DNA from: Lingula anatina
Lineage: Eukaryota > Animalia > Brachiopoda
DNA length: 64,000 bases
Direction: 5' to 3'
NCBI GenBank assembly: GCA_051362555.1
Contig: JBPQGU010000016.1
Span: forward strand, 3,286,001-3,350,000
The notes beneath the pieces were generated by a model, which was not told the origin of the DNA, did not search any database, and saw only the letters and a program-made list of their open reading frames with translations. Numbering within the stretch: the stretch's first letter is position 1; each line of letters begins with the position of its first letter. The position numbers were made by a program, and so were the translations under genes. Shown here in pieces: positions 13,701 to 28,700 of the stretch.

Positions 13701-16700
13701 CGAAAATCACTCAAAATCACCCAAAAATGGCCCGTCACCAAATTTTCCAAAAAGTGATGAAAATCAATCTACCACACCTGTCATTCATAAAAAATGTGGA
13801 AACGCGCCCGGATCACTTCATTAAAGCCCCCAATTTCAGCTTTAAAGATGGCCAAAAAGCACACCTGAGAACAGGATTTGGAGAGAGGGGGGGTGGAGAG
13901 AGTTTTTGCTCTATTTCTTCCTTAATAATGACACAACCACTCTTCCAGCACTTTATTCTGACTACAAATGACCAAACACACCTACCAGACACTATAATGA
14001 AGAAAAAAATTTTTCAACCCTACCTGGCCAAAATTGAAGAAAACTGCCATATCCGGACCTTACGAAAATCACTCAAAATCACCCAAAAATGGCCCGTCAC
14101 CAAATTTTCCAAAAAGTGATGAAAATCAATCTACCACACCTGTCATTCATAAAAAATGTGGAAACGCGCCCGGATCACTTCATTAAAGCCCCCAATTTCA
14201 GCTTTAAAGATGGCCAAAAAGCACACCTGAGAACAGGATTTGGAGAGAGGGGGGGTGGAGAGAGTTTTTGCTCTATTTCTTCCTTAATAATGACACAACC
14301 ACTCTTCCAGCACTTTATTCTGACTACAAATGACCAAACACACCTACCAGACACTATAATGAAGAAAAAAATTTTTCAACCCTACCTGGCCAAAATTGAA
14401 GAAAACTGCCATATCCGGACCTTACGAAAATCACTCAAAATCACCCAAAAATGGCCCGTCACCAAATTTTCCAAAAAGTGATGAAAATCAATCTACCACA
14501 CCTGTCATTCATAAAAAATGTGGAAACGCGCCCGGATCACTTCATTAAAGCCCCCAATTTCAGCTTTAAAGATGGCCAAAAAGCACACCTGAGAACAGGA
14601 TTTGGAGAGAGGGGGGGTGGAGAGAGTTTTTGCTCTATTTCTTCCTTAATAATGACACAACCACTCTTCCAGCACTTTATTCTGACTACAAATGACCAAA
14701 CACACCTACCAGACACTATAATGAAGAAAAAAATTTTTCAACCCTACCTGGCCAAAATTGAAGAAAACTGCCATATCCGGACCTTACGAAAATCACTCAA
14801 AATCACCCAAAAATGGCCCGTCACCAAATTTTCCAAAAAGTGATGAAAATCAATCTACCACACCTGTCATTCATAAAAAATGTGGAAACGCGCCCGGATC
14901 ACTTCATTAAAGCCCCCAATTTCAGCTTTAAAGATGGCCAAAAAGCACACCTGAGAACAGGATTTGGAGAGAGGGGGGGTGGAGAGAGTTTTTGCTCTAT
15001 TTCTTCCTTAATAATGACACAACCACTCTTCCAGCACTTTATTCTGACTACAAATGACCAAACACACCTACCAGACACTATAATGAAGAAAAAAATTTTT
15101 CAACCCTACCTGGCCAAAATTGAAGAAAACTGCCATATCCGGACCTTACGAAAATCACTCAAAATCACCCAAAAATGGCCCGTCACCAAATTTTCCAAAA
15201 AGTGATGAAAATCAATCTACCACACCTGTCATTCATAAAAAATGTGGAAACGCGCCCGGATCACTTCATTAAAGCCCCCAATTTCAGCTTTAAAGATGGC
15301 CAAAAAGCACACCTGAGAACAGGATTTGGAGAGAGGGGGGGTGGAGAGAGTTTTTGCTCTATTTCTTCCTTAATAATGACACAACCACTCTTCCAGCACT
15401 TTATTCTGACTACAAATGACCAAACACACCTACCAGACACTATAATGAAGAAAAAAATTTTTCAACCCTACCTGGCCAAAATTGAAGAAAACTGCCATAT
15501 CCGGACCTTACGAAAATCACTCAAAATCACCCAAAAATGGCCCGTCACCAAATTTTCCAAAAAGTGATGAAAATCAATCTACCACACCTGTCATTCATAA
15601 AAAATGTGGAAACGCGCCCGGATCACTTCATTAAAGCCCCCAATTTCAGCTTTAAAGATGGCCAAAAAGCACACCTGAGAACAGGATTTGGAGAGAGGGG
15701 GGGTGGAGAGAGTTTTTGCTCTATTTCTTCCTTAATAATGACACAACCACTCTTCCAGCACTTTATTCTGACTACAAATGACCAAACACACCTACCAGAC
15801 ACTATAATGAAGAAAAAAATTTTTCAACCCTACCTGGCCAAAATTGAAGAAAACTGCCATATCCGGACCTTACGAAAATCACTCAAAATCACCCAAAAAT
15901 GGCCCGTCACCAAATTTTCCAAAAAGTGATGAAAATCAATCTACCACACCTGTCATTCATAAAAAATGTGGAAACGCGCCCGGATCACTTCATTAAAGCC
16001 CCCAATTTCAGCTTTAAAGATGGCCAAAAAGCACACCTGAGAACAGGATTTGGAGAGAGGGGGGGTGGAGAGAGTTTTTGCTCTATTTCTTCCTTAATAA
16101 TGACACAACCACTCTTCCAGCACTTTATTCTGACTACAAATGACCAAACACACCTACCAGACACTATAATGAAGAAAAAAATTTTTCAACCCTACCTGGC
16201 CAAAATTGAAGAAAACTGCCATATCCGGACCTTACGAAAATCACTCAAAATCACCCAAAAATGGCCCGTCACCAAATTTTCCAAAAAGTGATGAAAATCA
16301 ATCTACCACACCTGTCATTCATAAAAAATGTGGAAACGCGCCCGGATCACTTCATTAAAGCCCCCAATTTCAGCTTTAAAGATGGCCAAAAAGCACACCT
16401 GAGAACAGGATTTGGAGAGAGGGGGGGTGGAGAGAGTTTTTGCTCTATTTCTTCCTTAATAATGACACAACCACTCTTCCAGCACTTTATTCTGACTACA
16501 AATGACCAAACACACCTACCAGACACTATAATGAAGAAAAAAATTTTTCAACCCTACCTGGCCAAAATTGAAGAAAACTGCCATATCCGGACCTTACGAA
16601 AATCACTCAAAATCACCCAAAAATGGCCCGTCACCAAATTTTCCAAAAAGTGATGAAAATCAATCTACCACACCTGTCATTCATAAAAAATGTGGAAACG

Positions 16701-19700
16701 CGCCCGGATCACTTCATTAAAGCCCCCAATTTCAGCTTTAAAGATGGCCAAAAAGCACACCTGAGAACAGGATTTGGAGAGAGGGGGGGTGGAGAGAGTT
16801 TTTGCTCTATTTCTTCCTTAATAATGACACAACCACTCTTCCAGCACTTTATTCTGACTACAAATGACCAAACACACCTACCAGACACTATAATGAAGAA
16901 AAAAATTTTTCAACCCTACCTGGCCAAAATTGAAGAAAACTGCCATATCCGGACCTTACGAAAATCACTCAAAATCACCCAAAAATGGCCCGTCACCAAA
17001 TTTTCCAAAAAGTGATGAAAATCAATCTACCACACCTGTCATTCATAAAAAATGTGGAAACGCGCCCGGATCACTTCATTAAAGCCCCCAATTTCAGCTT
17101 TAAAGATGGCCAAAAAGCACACCTGAGAACAGGATTTGGAGAGAGGGGGGGTGGAGAGAGTTTTTGCTCTATTTCTTCCTTAATAATGACACAACCACTC
17201 TTCCAGCACTTTATTCTGACTACAAATGACCAAACACACCTACCAGACACTATAATGAAGAAAAAAATTTTTCAACCCTACCTGGCCAAAATTGAAGAAA
17301 ACTGCCATATCCGGACCTTACGAAAATCACTCAAAATCACCCAAAAATGGCCCGTCACCAAATTTTCCAAAAAGTGATGAAAATCAATCTACCACACCTG
17401 TCATTCATAAAAAATGTGGAAACGCGCCCGGATCACTTCATTAAAGCCCCCAATTTCAGCTTTAAAGATGGCCAAAAAGCACACCTGAGAACAGGATTTG
17501 GAGAGAGGGGGGGTGGAGAGAGTTTTTGCTCTATTTCTTCCTTAATAATGACACAACCACTCTTCCAGCACTTTATTCTGACTACAAATGACCAAACACA
17601 CCTACCAGACACTATAATGAAGAAAAAAATTTTTCAACCCTACCTGGCCAAAATTGAAGAAAACTGCCATATCCGGACCTTACGAAAATCACTCAAAATC
17701 ACCCAAAAATGGCCCGTCACCAAATTTTCCAAAAAGTGATGAAAATCAATCTACCACACCTGTCATTCATAAAAAATGTGGAAACGCGCCCGGATCACTT
17801 CATTAAAGCCCCCAATTTCAGCTTTAAAGATGGCCAAAAAGCACACCTGAGAACAGGATTTGGAGAGAGGGGGGGTGGAGAGAGTTTTTGCTCTATTTCT
17901 TCCTTAATAATGACACAACCACTCTTCCAGCACTTTATTCTGACTACAAATGACCAAACACACCTACCAGACACTATAATGAAGAAAAAAATTTTTCAAC
18001 CCTACCTGGCCAAAATTGAAGAAAACTGCCATATCCGGACCTTACGAAAATCACTCAAAATCACCCAAAAATGGCCCGTCACCAAATTTTCCAAAAAGTG
18101 ATGAAAATCAATCTACCACACCTGTCATTCATAAAAAATGTGGAAACGCGCCCGGATCACTTCATTAAAGCCCCCAATTTCAGCTTTAAAGATGGCCAAA
18201 AAGCACACCTGAGAACAGGATTTGGAGAGAGGGGGGGTGGAGAGAGTTTTTGCTCTATTTCTTCCTTAATAATGACACAACCACTCTTCCAGCACTTTAT
18301 TCTGACTACAAATGACCAAACACACCTACCAGACACTATAATGAAGAAAAAAATTTTTCAACCCTACCTGGCCAAAATTGAAGAAAACTGCCATATCCGG
18401 ACCTTACGAAAATCACTCAAAATCACCCAAAAATGGCCCTGTCACCAAATTTTCCAAAAAGTGATGAAAATCAATCTACCACACCTGTCATTCATAAAAA
18501 ATGTGGAAACGCGCCCGGATCACTTCATTAAAGCCCCCAATTTCAGCTTTAAAGATGGCCAAAAAGCACACCTGAGAACAGGATTTGGAGAGAGGGGGGG
18601 TGGAGAGAGTTTTTGCTCTATTTCTTCCTTAATAATGACACAACCACTCTTCCAGCACTTTATTCTGACTACAAATGACCAAACACACCTACCAGACACT
18701 ATAATGAAGAAAAAAATTTTTCAACCCTACCTGGCCAAAATTGAAGAAAACTGCCATATCCGGACCTTACGAAAATCACTCAAAATCACCCAAAAATGGC
18801 CCGTCACCAAATTTTCCAAAAAGTGATGAAAATCAATCTACCACACCTGTCATTCATAAAAAATGTGGAAACGCGCCCGGATCACTTCATTAAAGCCCCC
18901 AATTTCAGCTTTAAAGATGGCCAAAAAGCACACCTGAGAACAGGATTTGGAGAGAGGGGGGGTGGAGAGAGTTTTTGCTCTATTTCTTCCTTAATAATGA
19001 CACAACCACTCTTCCAGCACTTTATTCTGACTACAAATGACCAAACACACCTACCAGACACTATAATGAAGAAAAAAATTTTTCAACCCTACCTGGCCAA
19101 AATTGAAGAAAACTGCCATATCCGGACCTTACGAAAATCACTCAAAATCACCCAAAAATGGCCCGTCACCAAATTTTCCAAAAAGTGATGAAAATCAATC
19201 TACCACACCTGTCATTCATAAAAAATGTGGAAACGCGCCCGGATCACTTCATTAAAGCCCCCAATTTCAGCTTTAAAGATGGCCAAAAAGCACACCTGAG
19301 AACAGGATTTGGAGAGAGGGGGGGTGGAGAGAGTTTTTGCTCTATTTCTTCCTTAATAATGACACAACCACTCTTCCAGCACTTTATTCTGACTACAAAT
19401 GACCAAACACACCTACCAGACACTATAATGAAGAAAAAAATTTTTCAACCCTACCTGGCCAAAATTGAAGAAAACTGCCATATCCGGACCTTACGAAAAT
19501 CACTCAAAATCACCCAAAAATGGCCCGTCACCAAATTTTCCAAAAAGTGATGAAAATCAATCTACCACACCTGTCATTCATAAAAAATGTGGAAACGCGC
19601 CCGGATCACTTCATTAAAGCCCCCAATTTCAGCTTTAAAGATGGCCAAAAAGCACACCTGAGAACAGGATTTGGAGAGAGGGGGGGTGGAGAGAGTTTTT

Positions 19701-22700
19701 GCTCTATTTCTTCCTTAATAATGACACAACCACTCTTCCAGCACTTTATTCTGACTACAAATGACCAAACACACCTACCAGACACTATAATGAAGAAAAA
19801 AATTTTTCAACCCTACCTGGCCAAAATTGAAGAAAACTGCCATATCCGGACCTTACGAAAATCACTCAAAATCACCCAAAAATGGCCCGTCACCAAATTT
19901 TCCAAAAAGTGATGAAAATCAATCTACCACACCTGTCATTCATAAAAAATGTGGAAACGCGCCCGGATCACTTCATTAAAGCCCCCAATTTCAGCTTTAA
20001 AGATGGCCAAAAAGCACACCTGAGAACAGGATTTGGAGAGAGGGGGGGTGGAGAGAGTTTTTGCTCTATTTCTTCCTTAATAATGACACAACCACTCTTC
20101 CAGCACTTTATTCTGACTACAAATGACCAAACACACCTACCAGACACTATAATGAAGAAAAAAATTTTTCAACCCTACCTGGCCAAAATTGAAGAAAACT
20201 GCCATATCCGGACCTTACGAAAATCACTCAAAATCACCCAAAAATGGCCCGTCACCAAATTTTCCAAAAAGTGATGAAAATCAATCTACCACACCTGTCA
20301 TTCATAAAAAATGTGGAAACGCGCCCGGATCACTTCATTAAAGCCCCCAATTTCAGCTTTAAAGATGGCCAAAAAGCACACCTGAGAACAGGATTTGGAG
20401 AGAGGGGGGGTGGAGAGAGTTTTTGCTCTATTTCTTCCTTAATAATGACACAACCACTCTTCCAGCACTTTATTCTGACTACAAATGACCAAACACACCT
20501 ACCAGACACTATAATGAAGAAAAAAATTTTTCAACCCTACCTGGCCAAAATTGAAGAAAACTGCCATATCCGGACCTTACGAAAATCACTCAAAATCACC
20601 CAAAAATGGCCCGTCACCAAATTTTCCAAAAAGTGATGAAAATCAATCTACCACACCTGTCATTCATAAAAAATGTGGAAACGCGCCCGGATCACTTCAT
20701 TAAAGCCCCCAATTTCAGCTTTAAAGATGGCCAAAAAGCACACCTGAGAACAGGATTTGGAGAGAGGGGGGGTGGAGAGAGTTTTTGCTCTATTTCTTCC
20801 TTAATAATGACACAACCACTCTTCCAGCACTTTATTCTGACTACAAATGACCAAACACACCTACCAGACACTATAATGAAGAAAAAAATTTTTCAACCCT
20901 ACCTGGCCAAAATTGAAGAAAACTGCCATATCCGGACCTTACGAAAATCACTCAAAATCACCCAAAAATGGCCCGTCACCAAATTTTCCAAAAAGTGATG
21001 AAAATCAATCTACCACACCTGTCATTCATAAAAAATGTGGAAACGCGCCCGGATCACTTCATTAAAGCCCCCAATTTCAGCTTTAAAGATGGCCAAAAAG
21101 CACACCTGAGAACAGGATTTGGAGAGAGGGGGGGTGGAGAGAGTTTTTGCTCTATTTCTTCCTTAATAATGACACAACCACTCTTCCAGCACTTTATTCT
21201 GACTACAAATGACCAAACACACCTACCAGACACTATAATGAAGAAAAAAATTTTTCAACCCTACCTGGCCAAAATTGAAGAAAACTGCCATATCCGGACC
21301 TTACGAAAATCACTCAAAATCACCCAAAAATGGCCCGTCACCAAATTTTCCAAAAAGTGATGAAAATCAATCTACCACACCTGTCATTCATAAAAAATGT
21401 GGAAACGCGCCCGGATCACTTCATTAAAGCCCCCAATTTCAGCTTTAAAGATGGCCAAAAAGCACACCTGAGAACAGGATTTGGAGAGAGGGGGGGTGGA
21501 GAGAGTTTTTGCTCTATTTCTTCCTTAATAATGACACAACCACTCTTCCAGCACTTTATTCTGACTACAAATGACCAAACACACCTACCAGACACTATAA
21601 TGAAGAAAAAAATTTTTCAACCCTACCTGGCCAAAATTGAAGAAAACTGCCATATCCGGACCTTACGAAAATCACTCAAAATCACCCAAAAATGGCCCGT
21701 CACCAAATTTTCCAAAAAGTGATGAAAATCAATCTACCACACCTGTCATTCATAAAAAATGTGGAAACGCGCCCGGATCACTTCATTAAAGCCCCCAATT
21801 TCAGCTTTAAAGATGGCCAAAAAGCACACCTGAGAACAGGATTTGGAGAGAGGGGGGGTGGAGAGAGTTTTTGCTCTATTTCTTCCTTAATAATGACACA
21901 ACCACTCTTCCAGCACTTTATTCTGACTACAAATGACCAAACACACCTACCAGACACTATAATGAAGAAAAAAATTTTTCAACCCTACCTGGCCAAAATT
22001 GAAGAAAACTGCCATATCCGGACCTTACGAAAATCACTCAAAATCACCCAAAAATGGCCCGTCACCAAATTTTCCAAAAAGTGATGAAAATCAATCTACC
22101 ACACCTGTCATTCATAAAAAATGTGGAAACGCGCCCGGATCACTTCATTAAAGCCCCCAATTTCAGCTTTAAAGATGGCCAAAAAGCACACCTGAGAACA
22201 GGATTTGGAGAGAGGGGGGGTGGAGAGAGTTTTTGCTCTATTTCTTCCTTAATAATGACACAACCACTCTTCCAGCACTTTATTCTGACTACAAATGACC
22301 AAACACACCTACCAGACACTATAATGAAGAAAAAAATTTTTCAACCCTACCTGGCCAAAATTGAAGAAAACTGCCATATCCGGACCTTACGAAAATCACT
22401 CAAAATCACCCAAAAATGGCCCGTCACCAAATTTTCCAAAAAGTGATGAAAATCAATCTACCACACCTGTCATTCATAAAAAATGTGGAAACGCGCCCGG
22501 ATCACTTCATTAAAGCCCCCAATTTCAGCTTTAAAGATGGCCAAAAAGCACACCTGAGAACAGGATTTGGAGAGAGGGGGGGTGGAGAGAGTTTTTGCTC
22601 TATTTCTTCCTTAATAATGACACAACCACTCTTCCAGCACTTTATTCTGACTACAAATGACCAAACACACCTACCAGACACTATAATGAAGAAAAAAATT

Positions 22701-25700
22701 TTTCAACCCTACCTGGCCAAAATTGAAGAAAACTGCCATATCCGGACCTTACGAAAATCACTCAAAATCACCCAAAAATGGCCCGTCACCAAATTTTCCA
22801 AAAAGTGATGAAAATCAATCTACCACACCTGTCATTCATAAAAAATGTGGAAACGCGCCCGGATCACTTCATTAAAGCCCCCAATTTCAGCTTTAAAGAT
22901 GGCCAAAAAGCACACCTGAGAACAGGATTTGGAGAGAGGGGGGGTGGAGAGAGTTTTTGCTCTATTTCTTCCTTAATAATGACACAACCACTCTTCCAGC
23001 ACTTTATTCTGACTACAAATGACCAAACACACCTACCAGACACTATAATGAAGAAAAAAATTTTTCAACCCTACCTGGCCAAAATTGAAGAAAACTGCCA
23101 TATCCGGACCTTACGAAAATCACTCAAAATCACCCAAAAATGGCCCGTCACCAAATTTTCCAAAAAGTGATGAAAATCAATCTACCACACCTGTCATTCA
23201 TAAAAAATGTGGAAACGCGCCCGGATCACTTCATTAAAGCCCCCAATTTCAGCTTTAAAGATGGCCAAAAAGCACACCTGAGAACAGGATTTGGAGAGAG
23301 GGGGGGTGGAGAGAGTTTTTGCTCTATTTCTTCCTTAATAATGACACAACCACTCTTCCAGCACTTTATTCTGACTACAAATGACCAAACACACCTACCA
23401 GACACTATAATGAAGAAAAAAATTTTTCAACCCTACCTGGCCAAAATTGAAGAAAACTGCCATATCCGGACCTTACGAAAATCACTCAAAATCACCCAAA
23501 AATGGCCCGTCACCAAATTTTCCAAAAAGTGATGAAAATCAATCTACCACACCTGTCATTCATAAAAAATGTGGAAACGCGCCCGGATCACTTCATTAAA
23601 GCCCCCAATTTCAGCTTTAAAGATGGCCAAAAAGCACACCTGAGAACAGGATTTGGAGAGAGGGGGGGTGGAGAGAGTTTTTGCTCTATTTCTTCCTTAA
23701 TAATGACACAACCACTCTTCCAGCACTTTATTCTGACTACAAATGACCAAACACACCTACCAGACACTATAATGAAGAAAAAAATTTTTCAACCCTACCT
23801 GGCCAAAATTGAAGAAAACTGCCATATCCGGACCTTACGAAAATCACTCAAAATCACCCAAAAATGGCCCGTCACCAAATTTTCCAAAAAGTGATGAAAA
23901 TCAATCTACCACACCTGTCATTCATAAAAAATGTGGAAACGCGCCCGGATCACTTCATTAAAGCCCCCAATTTCAGCTTTAAAGATGGCCAAAAAGCACA
24001 CCTGAGAACAGGATTTGGAGAGAGGGGGGGTGGAGAGAGTTTTTGCTCTATTTCTTCCTTAATAATGACACAACCACTCTTCCAGCACTTTATTCTGACT
24101 ACAAATGACCAAACACACCTACCAGACACTATAATGAAGAAAAAAATTTTTCAACCCTACCTGGCCAAAATTGAAGAAAACTGCCATATCCGGACCTTAC
24201 GAAAATCACTCAAAATCACCCAAAAATGGCCCGTCACCAAATTTTCCAAAAAGTGATGAAAATCAATCTACCACACCTGTCATTCATAAAAAATGTGGAA
24301 ACGCGCCCGGATCACTTCATTAAAGCCCCCAATTTCAGCTTTAAAGATGGCCAAAAAGCACACCTGAGAACAGGATTTGGAGAGAGGGGGGGTGGAGAGA
24401 GTTTTTGCTCTATTTCTTCCTTAATAATGACACAACCACTCTTCCAGCACTTTATTCTGACTACAAATGACCAAACACACCTACCAGACACTATAATGAA
24501 GAAAAAAATTTTTCAACCCTACCTGGCCAAAATTGAAGAAAACTGCCATATCCGGACCTTACGAAAATCACTCAAAATCACCCAAAAATGGCCCGTCACC
24601 AAATTTTCCAAAAAGTGATGAAAATCAATCTACCACACCTGTCATTCATAAAAAATGTGGAAACGCGCCCGGATCACTTCATTAAAGCCCCCAATTTCAG
24701 CTTTAAAGATGGCCAAAAAGCACACCTGAGAACAGGATTTGGAGAGAGGGGGGGTGGAGAGAGTTTTTGCTCTATTTCTTCCTTAATAATGACACAACCA
24801 CTCTTCCAGCACTTTATTCTGACTACAAATGACCAAACACACCTACCAGACACTATAATGAAGAAAAAAATTTTTCAACCCTACCTGGCCAAAATTGAAG
24901 AAAACTGCCATATCCGGACCTTACGAAAATCACTCAAAATCACCCAAAAATGGCCCGTCACCAAATTTTCCAAAAAGTGATGAAAATCAATCTACCACAC
25001 CTGTCATTCATAAAAAATGTGGAAACGCGCCCGGATCACTTCATTAAAGCCCCCAATTTCAGCTTTAAAGATGGCCAAAAAGCACACCTGAGAACAGGAT
25101 TTGGAGAGAGGGGGGGTGGAGAGAGTTTTTGCTCTATTTCTTCCTTAATAATGACACAACCACTCTTCCAGCACTTTATTCTGACTACAAATGACCAAAC
25201 ACACCTACCAGACACTATAATGAAGAAAAAAATTTTTCAACCCTACCTGGCCAAAATTGAAGAAAACTGCCATATCCGGACCTTACGAAAATCACTCAAA
25301 ATCACCCAAAAATGGCCCGTCACCAAATTTTCCAAAAAGTGATGAAAATCAATCTACCACACCTGTCATTCATAAAAAATGTGGAAACGCGCCCGGATCA
25401 CTTCATTAAAGCCCCCAATTTCAGCTTTAAAGATGGCCAAAAAGCACACCTGAGAACAGGATTTGGAGAGAGGGGGGGTGGAGAGAGTTTTTGCTCTATT
25501 TCTTCCTTAATAATGACACAACCACTCTTCCAGCACTTTATTCTGACTACAAATGACCAAACACACCTACCAGACACTATAATGAAGAAAAAAATTTTTC
25601 AACCCTACCTGGCCAAAATTGAAGAAAACTGCCATATCCGGACCTTACGAAAATCACTCAAAATCACCCAAAAATGGCCCGTCACCAAATTTTCCAAAAA

Positions 25701-28700
25701 GTGATGAAAATCAATCTACCACACCTGTCATTCATAAAAAATGTGGAAACGCGCCCGGATCACTTCATTAAAGCCCCCAATTTCAGCTTTAAAGATGGCC
25801 AAAAAGCACACCTGAGAACAGGATTTGGAGAGAGGGGGGGTGGAGAGAGTTTTTGCTCTATTTCTTCCTTAATAATGACACAACCACTCTTCCAGCACTT
25901 TATTCTGACTACAAATGACCAAACACACCTACCAGACACTATAATGAAGAAAAAAATTTTTCAACCCTACCTGGCCAAAATTGAAGAAAACTGCCATATC
26001 CGGACCTTACGAAAATCACTCAAAATCACCCAAAAATGGCCCGTCACCAAATTTTCCAAAAAGTGATGAAAATCAATCTACCACACCTGTCATTCATAAA
26101 AAATGTGGAAACGCGCCCGGATCACTTCATTAAAGCCCCCAATTTCAGCTTTAAAGATGGCCAAAAAGCACACCTGAGAACAGGATTTGGAGAGAGGGGG
26201 GGTGGAGAGAGTTTTTGCTCTATTTCTTCCTTAATAATGACACAACCACTCTTCCAGCACTTTATTCTGACTACAAATGACCAAACACACCTACCAGACA
26301 CTATAATGAAGAAAAAAATTTTTCAACCCTACCTGGCCAAAATTGAAGAAAACTGCCATATCCGGACCTTACGAAAATCACTCAAAATCACCCAAAAATG
26401 GCCCGTCACCAAATTTTCCAAAAAGTGATGAAAATCAATCTACCACACCTGTCATTCATAAAAAATGTGGAAACGCGCCCGGATCACTTCATTAAAGCCC
26501 CCAATTTCAGCTTTAAAGATGGCCAAAAAGCACACCTGAGAACAGGATTTGGAGAGAGGGGGGGTGGAGAGAGTTTTTGCTCTATTTCTTCCTTAATAAT
26601 GACACAACCACTCTTCCAGCACTTTATTCTGACTACAAATGACCAAACACACCTACCAGACACTATAATGAAGAAAAAAATTTTTCAACCCTACCTGGCC
26701 AAAATTGAAGAAAACTGCCATATCCGGACCTTACGAAAATCACTCAAAATCACCCAAAAATGGCCCGTCACCAAATTTTCCAAAAAGTGATGAAAATCAA
26801 TCTACCACACCTGTCATTCATAAAAAATGTGGAAACGCGCCCGGATCACTTCATTAAAGCCCCCAATTTCAGCTTTAAAGATGGCCAAAAAGCACACCTG
26901 AGAACAGGATTTGGAGAGAGGGGGGGTGGAGAGAGTTTTTGCTCTATTTCTTCCTTAATAATGACACAACCACTCTTCCAGCACTTTATTCTGACTACAA
27001 ATGACCAAACACACCTACCAGACACTATAATGAAGAAAAAAATTTTTCAACCCTACCTGGCCAAAATTGAAGAAAACTGCCATATCCGGACCTTACGAAA
27101 ATCACTCAAAATCACCCAAAAATGGCCCGTCACCAAATTTTCCAAAAAGTGATGAAAATCAATCTACCACACCTGTCATTCATAAAAAATGTGGAAACGC
27201 GCCCGGATCACTTCATTAAAGCCCCCAATTTCAGCTTTAAAGATGGCCAAAAAGCACACCTGAGAACAGGATTTGGAGAGAGGGGGGGTGGAGAGAGTTT
27301 TTGCTCTATTTCTTCCTTAATAATGACACAACCACTCTTCCAGCACTTTATTCTGACTACAAATGACCAAACACACCTACCAGACACTATAATGAAGAAA
27401 AAAATTTTTCAACCCTACCTGGCCAAAATTGAAGAAAACTGCCATATCCGGACCTTACGAAAATCACTCAAAATCACCCAAAAATGGCCCGTCACCAAAT
27501 TTTCCAAAAAGTGATGAAAATCAATCTACCACACCTGTCATTCATAAAAAATGTGGAAACGCGCCCGGATCACTTCATTAAAGCCCCCAATTTCAGCTTT
27601 AAAGATGGCCAAAAAGCACACCTGAGAACAGGATTTGGAGAGAGGGGGGGTGGAGAGAGTTTTTGCTCTATTTCTTCCTTAATAATGACACAACCACTCT
27701 TCCAGCACTTTATTCTGACTACAAATGACCAAACACACCTACCAGACACTATAATGAAGAAAAAAATTTTTCAACCCTACCTGGCCAAAATTGAAGAAAA
27801 CTGCCATATCCGGACCTTACGAAAATCACTCAAAATCACCCAAAAATGGCCCGTCACCAAATTTTCCAAAAAGTGATGAAAATCAATCTACCACACCTGT
27901 CATTCATAAAAAATGTGGAAACGCGCCCGGATCACTTCATTAAAGCCCCCAATTTCAGCTTTAAAGATGGCCAAAAAGCACACCTGAGAACAGGATTTGG
28001 AGAGAGGGGGGGTGGAGAGAGTTTTTGCTCTATTTCTTCCTTAATAATGACACAACCACTCTTCCAGCACTTTATTCTGACTACAAATGACCAAACACAC
28101 CTACCAGACACTATAATGAAGAAAAAAATTTTTCAACCCTACCTGGCCAAAATTGAAGAAAACTGCCATATCCGGACCTTACGAAAATCACTCAAAATCA
28201 CCCAAAAATGGCCCGTCACCAAATTTTCCAAAAAGTGATGAAAATCAATCTACCACACCTGTCATTCATAAAAAATGTGGAAACGCGCCCGGATCACTTC
28301 ATTAAAGCCCCCAATTTCAGCTTTAAAGATGGCCAAAAAGCACACCTGAGAACAGGATTTGGAGAGAGGGGGGGTGGAGAGAGTTTTTGCTCTATTTCTT
28401 CCTTAATAATGACACAACCACTCTTCCAGCACTTTATTCTGACTACAAATGACCAAACACACCTACCAGACACTATAATGAAGAAAAAAATTTTTCAACC
28501 CTACCTGGCCAAAATTGAAGAAAACTGCCATATCCGGACCTTACGAAAATCACTCAAAATCACCCAAAAATGGCCCGTCACCAAATTTTCCAAAAAGTGA
28601 TGAAAATCAATCTACCACACCTGTCATTCATAAAAAATGTGGAAACGCGCCCGGATCACTTCATTAAAGCCCCCAATTTCAGCTTTAAAGATGGCCAAAA

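Noticed and set aside
18071-18826. 251-aa ORF, the longest in the window
   Set aside because: Produced by a single T insertion at 18440 that makes one unit 363 bp. It may be a sequencing error.
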